From: a virus
Direction: 5' to 3' (one strand)
Length of the DNA stretch: 64,000 bases
Virus record (IMG/VR): IMGVR_UViG_3300036820_000008
Span: 1 to 64,000 of that record
This document shows positions 51,717 to 61,744 of the stretch, piece after piece; the stretch's first letter is position 1; every line of letters starts with the position of its first letter. The notes beneath the pieces are model-generated. The model was not told where the DNA came from. It made no database searches and worked only from the letters and a program-made list of their open reading frames with translations. The position numbers were made by a program, and so were the translations under genes.

Positions 51717-52310
51717 CTACTGCTCGTACTGGATGTAGTCACGCTTGTGATCGCTCCATCCATCGCGGAGTGTGATCTCGTCCGGCGGGATACAGGTGTG
51801 GCAGAACTTTGTGTGTCGTATGTAGCCGTGTTCCTTTAGCCACTTCTTCGTGGGGACGAGCCAGTATCCTGGGTAGTCTGGATCTGTATGGTCTATGCGC
51901 CATCCCCTGGGTCCTGGCTCGCTCCTGTTTATCTCGCTCCTGTTTCTTTTGTTGCCATTTCTGCTCGCCCTTCTCTCCTCCTCGGCCCATGCGAGCTTGA
52001 TGCTTTCCTGCCAGACCTGGACTATTGCGTCCTTGCGCGTGAATGCCCAGAGGAGATGAATGAATGGCTCTGCCTCTGTTCTCTTGGGCCGACCTGCTCG
52101 GGCATAGTCTCGTTTGATGCCAGGACATCCGGGTAGGTGGATCTTGTATGTGTTCTCGTCGTAGTCTGTGTAGATCATCTGGAGCTCGGGGTATGGGGCT
52201 ATTCGCTGGGCTGGTAGCTCTCCGTTCATTATTGCTATCTCACGGAGGGTGGGGATCATGTTGGCGGTTGATCCGACCTTTTGCTTGAATTCTCTTGATC
52301 CTCTAGGCAT
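51717..52310 (-). CDS. Hypothetical protein (leaderless)
   Basis: TATAAT lies 7 nt before the ATG. Confidence 0.6.
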   Translation of the reverse strand: MPRGSREFKQKVGSTANMIPTLREIAIMNGELPAQRIAPYPELQMIYTDYDENTYKIHLPGCPGIKRDYARAGRPKRTEAEPFIHLLWAFTRKDAIVQVWQESIKLAWAEEERRASRNGNKRNRSEINRSEPGPRGWRIDHTDPDYPGYWLVPTKKWLKEHGYIRHTKFCHTCIPPDEITLRDGWSDHKRDYIQYEQ

Positions 52311-53045
52311 AGGCGGTATTATACCTCGTCCCGTCCGGGGTCTCGTGCAACGTCTTGTGCATGTTGCGTCCTGCGTTCCCCTCCCTGCCTTCCCCGCTCT
52401 CGCGCGCGTAGGCGCGCGTATATCCCTACCCTAGGGAATTCTACGACTTCTAAACCGTTACAGTAACTTCTCACCTCCTGCAGGAGCGGGTGCTGTGTGG
52501 GGATTGGATGGGGATTGAGCGGGGGTGGAGAGGGGGCTAAATTTCCGTCCGGGCTTGTGGGAGTGTTGATGGGTCCCTTATCATATATTGAGAATATATA
52601 GTAGGTACGTAAGAAGCTATTGAAGCTAGCGGGTATAGGGTATAGTAACTCACCCGTGCAGTCGTTTTCTGGCACGCAACAGCCGGAAAATTTCCGAAGG
52701 GGTATTCAGGGGTATTCAGGGGGTATTTCAGTGGTATTTACTGTTATTTCACGTGCTTCGAGGCAGTATAAGCCGTCTTTCGGCTGTTTCGAGGTCGTTT
52801 CCAGCCATAATTAACCGTGGAAACGACCCCTGCACACATGAAAAGTGCATGATTTCAGCGATTTTCGGACGGCTGCACCGCCCACATCGCCGCAGCGTAC
52901 GGGTAGAAATCGTAGGTAGTTTTCGGCCTTTTCGGGAGAAAGCTGTAATCAGTGCCGCAAACCATGTGTGCGCATCTAAATTCGCCCATTTTCAGCACTA
53001 AATCGCCATCTCGAGGGCATAATCTGTCTCAGCAGCAGGCGAGAT

Positions 53046-53077
53046 CGTTAGCGGCGCTAAATAAGAGCCATATGCAT
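53046..53077 (+). repeat. 32-bp repeat with palindromic TTAGCG-N-CGCTAA core; other copies at 53377-53408 and 54146-54177 (minus strand)
   Basis: Consensus CGTTAGCGSCGSTAAWTAAG-N4-WTATGCAT, three copies. Confidence 0.8.
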
Positions 53078-53115
53078 CGGAATCATGGCTGTATTGCATA
53101 CGGTATAATAGGGAC

Positions 53116-53338
53116 ATGAGCGCCTATGTCAACTTCGATTTTGTACGGCAAACATCACGAGAAACTGGTTTGCCTCAGGATCCAGGCAATTGTACGGCCT
53201 CCAGAAGAGGCTGCCGAATGGCTCCTCGGCGAATTTTATCCTGGTGCAGAGCTCATCAGGGTGAAGCGTGTGGCTGCTGGCGGCAAGCCAGTCAAGATGA
53301 AAGGGCTGCAGAACAGGCCGATTCGCAGACGATCGTAG
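53116..53338 (+). pseudogene. Frameshifted paralog of 53840-54076
   Basis: Removing one T of the TTTT at about 53139-53142 gives MSAYVNFDLYGK..., collinear with MSALADYEIHGK... Confidence 0.55.
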
Positions 53339-53839
53339 GGGCTCGGGATGTCCGTCCACCGGGTTCTCAGAAACGAATGCATAACGTTCTTAATTAGCGG
53401 CGCTAACGGCTGTACCAGAGAATGGAACGACGAGCCTGCTAACGATATCGCCGCAGGCCCGCCGCCGTTTTCGGTTTTTCGGGGTTGTCTATTCAGGTGC
53501 TATTTTTGGCCTATTCAGGCTCCTCGCCCATGTCCTCGAGCTGAGCGTAGGCCTCCTCGAGGTCGTCTGCGAGGCCAAAGTCGACGAGTGCCTGGGCCTT
53601 GTCGTCGAATGATAGATCCTTGCCGAGATCGGACATTTTGCCCTACTTTCTTGTTATCTCTAGTGCGATTTTCTCTCTGGTGTGGAGATGCCACTCGTCT
53701 CGAATGGCATCAATGGCGTGATTCTCGTCCAGATTCGTCAGTGCGAACCGGAGAATCTTGTCCAGTCCCTCCTCGTTCAGGAGACCATTGGACGTGATGC
53801 CCTGTAGGTTGTCGATGAGTGCGTCGACCTCATTCTCGG

Positions 53840-54076
53840 TCACCGCTTTGCCCTCCTTACGGGCTTGGCGTCCAGCTTGCGCGCGTCCACCTTGCCGATC
53901 TTCTTTGTGGGGCTGTATGCCGCGCGCTTCGTCAGTAGGAACTCCGCGGAGGGGTACCGCTCGTGTAGGATGTAGGCTGCGACCTCGGGGGTGGGGGTTG
54001 CCACTGCCCGCATGTTAACGATCACAGGTCCACGCTTAGTCTTGCCGTGTATCTCGTAGTCTGCAAGCGCGCTCAT
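53840..54076 (-). CDS. Small basic protein (leaderless)
   Basis: TATAAT lies 6 nt before the ATG; has a paralog at 53116. Confidence 0.65.
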   Translation of the reverse strand: MSALADYEIHGKTKRGPVIVNMRAVATPTPEVAAYILHERYPSAEFLLTKRAAYSPTKKIGKVDARKLDAKPVRRAKR

Positions 54077-56190
54077 AGCTCTATTATACCTCCTGCACGA
54101 GCGTATGGATAGCTTATATAAGTTCGTTATGCAGTATCCGGGTGTATGCATAAGAGCCTTAATTACCGGCGCTAACGAAGTGCATGCCACTGAGAGCATA
54201 TCGTTCCTCGCCGAACGAGCCTCGCGGAGACGCACCACCTCGTGTGGCTGTCAGGCCTGGCACTCGCTTATTTCGTGCATCAGACGGGTGCCGTCGATGA
54301 CCGCTTGGTACCACTCTTCGGTACCCCATGTCAGGCCTGCTGTGTCAAGTCGACCGTCGGAGGTGGTCAGGAAGTATGCCTCGCAGGCAGCGTTGGTGTA
54401 AGGTGATCCATACCACTCGGCCGCTGGGCATTCTTCCGGAATGTGCTCTACTGGGCTTGGGCACTCTGAGCATCCTGCCATGGCTATCTCCTAGTCGTTG
54501 AATATGATGACGCGCCAGTCCAGCTTGGTGTCCACTGGCTTGAGGACCCACCACTGGGTGTCATTATCGTTGTCGACTTCGACGCTGTCCAGGACACATA
54601 CAACCTGGTCTTTGCCGTCGTACTGAGACTCCATTGTGAAGCCCTCGTCGCAGGCATCGTCGTACACGCGGCCGAACTGGAAGCCAGCTCGCAGACCAAG
54701 GTCGGATGCCTCGGCGACGTATGATTTGTCCTTCTTGCTCCACGTGAATTTCTTGGAGCTCAGGATGGGCTGTGGCCTGAGTACTGTCATGTCACACCAT
54801 CGGGATTCCGCGTCGGCGCTGCTGCTCGTAGTCAGCCTCCTGGACTGTGCCGGGAGTGAACTGCTCCGGATTGGCCGCGATGTACTCGAGACTGGCGTCC
54901 GACATGTCGTATATCTCACGATATGTTTTGCTCTGCATTACTGTGCCTTCCTGATCATCTTGACGTACATCCGGTATACGTACTCGCTGTCGTCGAACTC
55001 GAATGACGTATCTGTGTCGGTGCCGACTACGATTGTGGTGTCTATGTCCTCGAATATCGGATGGCCCTGAATCGTCTGTGCAATGGCCCTAGCCTGCGGC
55101 GATGTGGGGTCCACGAATTCCACCTTGCCATCGAGAATGTCCTCGAGGTAGATGTCCTTGCCGGTGTCTTCCATTGTGCTCCTTTTTATTTGGCTGTTAT
55201 TCTGGAATCGGGTAGCTGGCATCCAGCTGCTCTTTGGACGCTCCTAGCGCCCAGTATGCTGCGCGAGCCCTCAGAACGCGCTGTAGGTATTCGTCTGGCG
55301 GAATCTGTCGGTTCATGGCCTCCTTGATCCTTGTGACAGTAGCATCGTCCAGATGCTCGCCATCAGGAATGGAGAAAACATATAGGTGATCGCCATCGGG
55401 GGTGTCGGATTGGCTAGGCATTGTTCTCCTCTGGGATTGTCCGCTTCCTGTGGACACCATCCTCGCCGGTACTCAGCAACCGGCGGGATGGAATCAACAG
55501 GTCAGCCGTGTAGCTGGCTAAGGGTTCTGTCGTAGATCGGGGACATATCCTCGGCACAGTCCTGGGTGCGGATAGCCTCGGCCAGGCTGTGAAGGAGGGC
55601 TGCGACTGTTTCTCGATCGATGCCTTCGCCGAGAGCCATCTTGGCGGCGACGGTAGTGTTGTAGCTGAACATGTCCATGGCGAGGTGTACGTCGCAATCG
55701 TGATCTTCGTTGACACCCATCCACAGAGCGCAGTGGTGACACCACCTGCTTTCGCCGTTGATCTGATGTGGGACGTTCATGACGTCGACGGTATTGTTCT
55801 TGCCGTTTGACATTATCGGTTCCTCGCAGCCTCGGAGTCGGCCATGTCGCTGTCGTAAGTATCCTCGGCTCGAACACATGTGCCAGGCACGGGGTTGGGC
55901 CCCATCGTGACGGCGTCGGACAGCCGACAGATGCGCTCTATGGTGGCGTCGTCTTCGGCGTACTCGACATTCATGATCTCGGATCCGTTGAGCTGGACGC
56001 CTGTCTCGCCATACGTGATTACGACAGCTACGTCGGATGGCTGACAGCGATAATTGTGGACGAGCTCTCTGGTGACCAGGACGGTCGTCGTGATCTGATC
56101 AGCATCAAAGCTGATCAGAGTGACCATCACCGGCTCGTTCAGGAGCCATGCTGGAATGGACATTTCATTCTCCCTCTGAGCTACTATCGT

Positions 56191-56249
56191 GGTAGCTCCC
56201 CCGGTCGTCCCGCAGGGAAGTCGGGACGGCCAGAGCAGCTCGCCGCTAG
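56191..56249 (-). repeat. Conserved intergenic stem-loop element; second copy at 57251-57307
   Basis: Shared flanks GGTAGCTCCCCCG...GGCCAGRGCAGCTCGCMGCTAG around inner hairpins that differ but still pair. Confidence 0.7.
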
Positions 56250-56603
56250 AGATCTCCGCAGGGTCCGTCCTGAAGGCCAGGGGTCTCGTCCTCGTCTTCG
56301 TACGGACAGGAGATGTACTGTTCCCAGAGCTCACGCTCTCCGTCGATCTCCATCTCATCGAACATTGAGACGAATGGCATGAAGTCATCGCCGACATCGA
56401 CGAACTGGCCATTGAGCCACATCTTGCCGTCTGGGAAGAAGGTGATGAGCATCACGTCCCTGCCATTCTCAGGGAATCGCAGTGCTAGGTACTGTCCATC
56501 GCCGATCCTGCTCAGGGCAATCTTCTCGGTGATTACCCAGTCGTACTCGGGGGTCGGGAATTCCATCTTGTTGGTTTCCTTTCGGAGCGCCGGTACTGCT
56601 ACT

Positions 56604-56633
56604 AGTCTACCCTACCGGGCAGCCTGCCCGCTA
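56604..56633 (-). promoter_or_regulatory. Phage promoter TAGCGG-N18-TAGACT
   Basis: Recurrent consensus. Confidence 0.6.
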
Positions 56634-57867
56634 CCCCTAGCCGACGGCAATATCGGCGTTGGGGTATCAGGCTAGTCAACCGCTAGCTTGGCGGCTCGAT
56701 CTCATCGGTGATCGTGAAGCGCAGCTCCCCGATGAGGAACTCCTCTTCAGCCTCGACCGTGAATGGCCCGAACTGCTTCTTCTCGTATCCGTACACGGGA
56801 AGGGCAGATAGGGCCGTGAACATGTCCTGGCCCTCAGGGCCGCTGTAATTGTTGACCAGGAACATGGCCGTCTGCGTGGACGTCAGGTTGTCGAACTTGG
56901 GCATCAGCCGAACTCCCCGTCGTTGATCGTCGAGCGGGCTCGGATCAGCCCGTTGTAGGAGTCATGCCCGTACTGTTCGGCAGTGCACTTCTGGGCGATG
57001 ACGTAGTAGCCGAAGTTCTGCGCCTGCTCGGCGGTGAACAGCGTCCACTCGGTGCCGACCACCGTGAATGGCTCCGGCTTGATGGGGTGTTTCTCTCGCC
57101 AGCGGTCGATGTCGGCGAGATAGCTGTCGAACTCTTCAGGGGTCATGTCCCCGATGTTCGGCATCAGAAGATCACGATGATCAGGATGATGATCACGGCG
57201 ACCCAGAACAGCTTCTTCATGAGGCTTCCTCTCCTCTGGCTACCTACCTTGGTAGCTCCCCCGAGCCATCCGTATAGGCACGGATGGCCAGGGCAGCTCG
57301 CAGCTAGGAACTACAGGAACCTGATCGGGATGTAATTGTCGCATGCCTGACAGTATGCTGTCGGATTGTCACCGGCGAACACGCCGGGGTGCTCGCATTC
57401 GCTACTGGCTCTGGGTGCTGGGCTGTTGACGTGGAGGGCGTCGTACGCGACCCTGAGAGCCGTCATGGCATCCTGCAGCCGGTCGAACGGAAGAGACACC
57501 ACGCTCTCGTTGAAGCGCACATACCAGCGCTTGGATTTGGGGTTGCTGATGATGTCCCACTTGGCGTCCGCCTTCAGCACGTAGTGCCGGCTGGCGAACC
57601 TGCGGGTCATGTCGTACGGCAGGTGACTGTCCAGGCGAAAGTACCTGCCGTACGGCGGGATTGCTCCGGTCATGGCTCAGTAGCCCCAGCCCATGGCCAG
57701 CATGGCCACGCACAGCATGATGGTCCAGATCGTGCCTACGATGATGCTCTTGGTGCTCATTTGACGTACCCTCTCTCGGAACGGCATCCCAACGGGCTGC
57801 CTCCCCGGCATCCGCGCCTCGGCGTGAGGCGCGGCTACCAGGGGGACGGACCGGCGTGACCTAGCGC

Positions 57868-58302
57868 CTAGGCGGTCTCGGCCTCGGTGTTCCAGCCAGC
57901 GCGCTGCGGCACGGGCAGGAAGTTCTTCCACGTCTTGCGATCGGCGGGGAAGTGGTGCACCCACTGGGCGACGATCTGGTCACGCTCTTCGGTCGTACCG
58001 ACAGCGTTGGCCGGGTGGTCGGCGGGGAGCGCCTTGAGGGCGGAGCCCATGGCCTCGATCATCGCCGTGGCCAGGGCAGCCTTGGCCGCGCGCTTAACGG
58101 CGGGCGACGGCTTGGTCAGTTCGGCGGTAAGGGCGGCCATCTTGGCCTCGTACTTGGCCGTGATCTCGGCCGTCACGCGGGCCTCGATCTCAGCCGGGGT
58201 CTCCCGCTTGCTGTTCTTGGCCGGGCTGGGAACGGCCGCCAGCTTGACGGGCGCGCCCTCAGTGCTCTCGGTACCGGCCGGGGTGGGGTTGGTCTCAGGC
58301 AT
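57868..58302 (-). CDS. Hypothetical protein with QWxHHFPADR domain
   Basis: First gene of the leftward early block; paralogous to 50395-51399. Confidence 0.75.
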   Translation of the reverse strand: MPETNPTPAGTESTEGAPVKLAAVPSPAKNSKRETPAEIEARVTAEITAKYEAKMAALTAELTKPSPAVKRAAKAALATAMIEAMGSALKALPADHPANAVGTTEERDQIVAQWVHHFPADRKTWKNFLPVPQRAGWNTEAETA

Positions 58303-58955
58303 TTTCTTCTTCTTCCTCTGGGTTAGGTCCCTATCTGGGGCCTCTAACGTCCTAGCCGGGTAGATTACCGCAGCCCGCCTAGGGCGAAAGAGGTCATAGG
58401 GTAGCGCCGCCACAACAGCGCTAGCTATGGCCTTACAATTGGTTGGGGTCCTAGTCGTTGGTCTAGGCGTCCCCCGGCGTCAGTAGCCTTACTAGAGTCC
58501 TCTCCCTAGCGGTTCTACAATCCGGCCCGTCAGCACGGGCGTCGTTATTAGGTAGGCGTCGGTCGCTCTGATTTCTCAGTGGGAGTCATGTCTCCTAGCC
58601 GCACGTGCCGCTTTCTACAGCAGCCTTTACGCGCTAGGGGCTCGGACCAAACCGCCCAGTTCTTAAGTTTTGGAGTAGGATCGGCGCGCGTCACGCACGC
58701 CCCCGCGCACCCCGCGCGGCCCCGGCCTTACCCTTTTTCCTTTTTCGCTTACAGCTTAAGCTTACCGTACCGGGGTGGTAAAACCTAGGAAATGCAGTAA
58801 CGGAATGGTAACGTTACACTGTAACTTTAGGTAGTGCACGACTACCTGCAGTAGCGCCCTGCCCTGGGGTTAACGTGCGCGTTAACTAACAGCGCTAGTA
58901 TTATGGTAACCAAGGCGTCTGGAAGAACAGCGCTAGCGCTTAAAGTGTCCTAGAA

Positions 58956-59047
58956 ATACTGGAGAACGATTTTACACTTTCCAGCAAAGTGCACTCCGAA
59001 TTCATATACTGGAGAACAATTTTACAGTTTTGGAAGGACTGCACTCC
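58956..59047. repeat. Two imperfect direct repeats with a 50-bp period
   Basis: ATACTGGAGAACRATTTTACA...TGCACTCC at 58956 and 59006. Confidence 0.75.
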
Positions 59048-59260
59048 ATCGCTATCACTTTTGCAGAATTTCCAGCCGCTTGTCAGGGCAATTCCTGGAA
59101 TAGCGCGGACAATGGAAATGTGTTTCCAGGGGAGTGTAGGAAGATAGCCGCCCAAGAGAGGAGGGAGTGGAGGGGAGAATGGCGCAAGAGAGGGCCGGGC
59201 TCCCCGATGAGGAAGCCCGGCCCGAGAGATGCGGCAGGCGATAAGAGGAGCGATAAAGGA

Positions 59261-59836
59261 CTAGGAGTCGGTCCGATTCCACTTCTGGTACGAGGCAGGC
59301 ACAGAGCCAGTTTTCAGCCCGATCACCCAGGCTCCATTGAACTGGCCGCCGTAGTCATCCGTCATTACTTCGCAGAGATCTCCGCCAGAGGCCTCATTGC
59401 AGATGAAGCCGCCAGTTCCGCCGTACATAAGCCACTGCTGGTCGCTATCGCCATCGCACGGGGCCATGTCGAGGTGAATGTTGTCGTCACCGCCTGAGTC
59501 GTCGACGCATTTGCCGGACGCCTCAGAGACGATCGTTCCCCAGTTGCCGATGCCCCCGGACATCGCCCATTCCTGGGAGCTCTGTCCTCCACAGCCCTGT
59601 AGATCGAGGTCTCCGGCATTGTTCTGTATACAGTACGCGGGGTTCGCGTTCAGCGCGAGGTGATGGTATGTTACGGCAGAGGCACTGGAGACGCCAGCCG
59701 AGCTAGTTCCGGCGGAGACGCCGAGTCCAGCCAGGAGGACGCCAACAGCGAGCAGTACGGTCAGGCCAAAGAATCTTCCGCGAGATCTGAGTCTCTTGAA
59801 TCCCATGCTACGTGAATTCCTTTCTAGAGAGGACAT
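59261..59836 (-). CDS. Secreted ricin-B lectin protein
   Basis: Signal/TM segment; YCI...C...SQEW, KCVD...C...DQQW, QKW (three QxW repeats). Confidence 0.8.
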   Translation of the reverse strand: MSSLERNSRSMGFKRLRSRGRFFGLTVLLAVGVLLAGLGVSAGTSSAGVSSASAVTYHHLALNANPAYCIQNNAGDLDLQGCGGQSSQEWAMSGGIGNWGTIVSEASGKCVDDSGGDDNIHLDMAPCDGDSDQQWLMYGGTGGFICNEASGGDLCEVMTDDYGGQFNGAWVIGLKTGSVPASYQKWNRTDS

Positions 59837-59903
59837 GGAAGAGATGCACGGGATAGTATACCGTACGCTATAATACCGATCACGACCGAGTCAGGGAGAG
59901 GAC

Positions 59904-60383
59904 ATGGAAGAGATGCAGGGAGAAGACCCGAGGCCATACAGGACCTTCAGCGAGGTGCTGGAGGAGACGGTGGCCCAGATCGACAGGAGCTTTCCGGCGG
60001 CGGCAAGTTTTCCCGAAACCGTGCAGTGGGCGGCCAATGATGTGGCGAAGGTTGTGTGGAGCGAGCAGTGCTCCTATGACCACGACTCCGTTAGGGAGGC
60101 GGAGGACCCGCTATACCCTGGCAGGATATGTGTAGAGTGGAGAAGAGACCAGGGATATCTGGGCGATTACGGCATGGACAAGGTGGAGGTGAGGGAGCTT
60201 ATCGTTCAGCTGAATAATGCGCTGGGCGATGACGCCTTCCTCCTCGCGGAGGTGAAGGGGCCGGTGGATCCGGCTGGCGTGATGGCAAGGTCCAGGATGG
60301 CAAGGGATCGTGCGAGGATCACGCGAATAGCAGATGACGGGAAGCTCGAGAACGCTACCGGCCCGGACCCGGACACGGTATAA
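59904..60383 (+). CDS. Hypothetical protein, paralog of the next gene
   Basis: Shares YR...FPA.A.FPE...W..QC.Y.HD.V with 60391-61269. Confidence 0.65.
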   Translation: MEEMQGEDPRPYRTFSEVLEETVAQIDRSFPAAASFPETVQWAANDVAKVVWSEQCSYDHDSVREAEDPLYPGRICVEWRRDQGYLGDYGMDKVEVRELIVQLNNALGDDAFLLAEVKGPVDPAGVMARSRMARDRARITRIADDGKLENATGPDPDTV

Positions 60384-60390
60384 TACCGCT

Positions 60391-61269
60391 ATGACCGAGA
60401 CATCAGGGGATAAGGCAGAGCGCAGGTCCGGCGAGTACGGCGAGTACGGCGAGTACCGTTCATATGAGCAGGTGTTCAGCGATGTTGGTGAGCGGATTAG
60501 GGCGGACTTCCCGGCGACCGCGGCTTTCCCAGAGATCATGGAGCGCCTACGGGTCGAGATGGCGAACGCTGAGTGGAAGATGCAGTGTGCATACAACCAC
60601 GATACGGTAACCCCCGACAGCTGTAAGGACGGCATCCTGGCCATTTACTGGTATGAGGCGCAGAACAACGGCAAGGGGAGTACGGGTGCCAGAAAGGATG
60701 GCCAGCGGGATAGACCGGATATTCCTATCACAAGAGATGGCGCACCGATCGGACGTGACTTTATTGTCACCACGATCACCCGCAAGGAGGCGCGAGAGCT
60801 GGCCCACCAGATCCTCTATGCGATAGGGGATCCCGTCCCTCTTCGTGTCAGCGATACCGGCGACGTGTATACGGCAGGCATGGTGACAGCAAGCCAGACA
60901 GGCATGGTGTCGCCAGATCCGTCTGGCTTGCTGTATTCGTTCTCCGATCCTCCGGTTAAGATCGTTGACGCTCCGTCTGGCATGCGGCCGGGGTATCAGG
61001 GCGATATCGAGGTCGACACCAGACAGAAATTGTCTAGGGCCGAGGCAGAGGATCTCCTGGCTAGTGCTGAGGCCGATGATTCGGGCGGCGGCATATGCCG
61101 TGGGGCGGGCCTGTCTGGGGCCGAGAAGGACGCAGATGCAGGTCAGCATAGCATGTCTCTGTCAGAGTCCGTCCAGGCCCGGGTTACTCGAGACAGAGAG
61201 GATCGCGCCACCCTCGCACAGCGTCGTCAGCTGGCCCGTATCGAGGGCCGTCCAGAGCCGAGGTACTGA
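60391..61269 (+). CDS. Hypothetical protein (leaderless)
   Basis: TATAAT at 60379-60384, 6 nt before the ATG. Confidence 0.65.
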   Translation: MTETSGDKAERRSGEYGEYGEYRSYEQVFSDVGERIRADFPATAAFPEIMERLRVEMANAEWKMQCAYNHDTVTPDSCKDGILAIYWYEAQNNGKGSTGARKDGQRDRPDIPITRDGAPIGRDFIVTTITRKEARELAHQILYAIGDPVPLRVSDTGDVYTAGMVTASQTGMVSPDPSGLLYSFSDPPVKIVDAPSGMRPGYQGDIEVDTRQKLSRAEAEDLLASAEADDSGGGICRGAGLSGAEKDADAGQHSMSLSESVQARVTRDREDRATLAQRRQLARIEGRPEPRY

Positions 61270-61271
61270 CG

Positions 61272-61502
61272 ATGCCATTCATTCCTGATGAGTATGACGG
61301 TACGGGCGGCAAGGACGCCTCAGAGGAGCCGGTGCCTGCTCTGATACAAAATGCCGCTGAGGCGCACGAGCTATTCACGGCTTATGCCCATGTCGGATTC
61401 ACGCGCGACGAGGCGCTCAAGATCGTCATTGCGATTACGCTCGAGAACATGCGGTTCAACCTCAACAGGCGAGCGGCCGAGCAGGAGCGGGGCAACGACT
61501 GA
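61272..61502 (+). CDS. Small conserved phage protein
   Basis: HELF.AY...GFT..EAL pattern. Confidence 0.55.
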   Translation: MPFIPDEYDGTGGKDASEEPVPALIQNAAEAHELFTAYAHVGFTRDEALKIVIAITLENMRFNLNRRAAEQERGND

Positions 61503-61744
61503 TGGCTGAGGTAAGGGTGACACCAGCGATCGCCGAAGGGCTGTCGATAGTCTTCGATGACGATCACATCAAGGGCATCGAGATGTCACGCGGGATCATC
61601 CGGGACAGCGTAACAGACAATCCTGAGTTCGACGGCACGTTTCGACTAGTCCTCCGTTTTGCTGCGGAGCAGGCTCCGCACTGGGCTGATAGCAATGGCA
61701 GGCAGATCGAAACGAGCCAGGACTAGACTGCAGAGGCGGATGGT

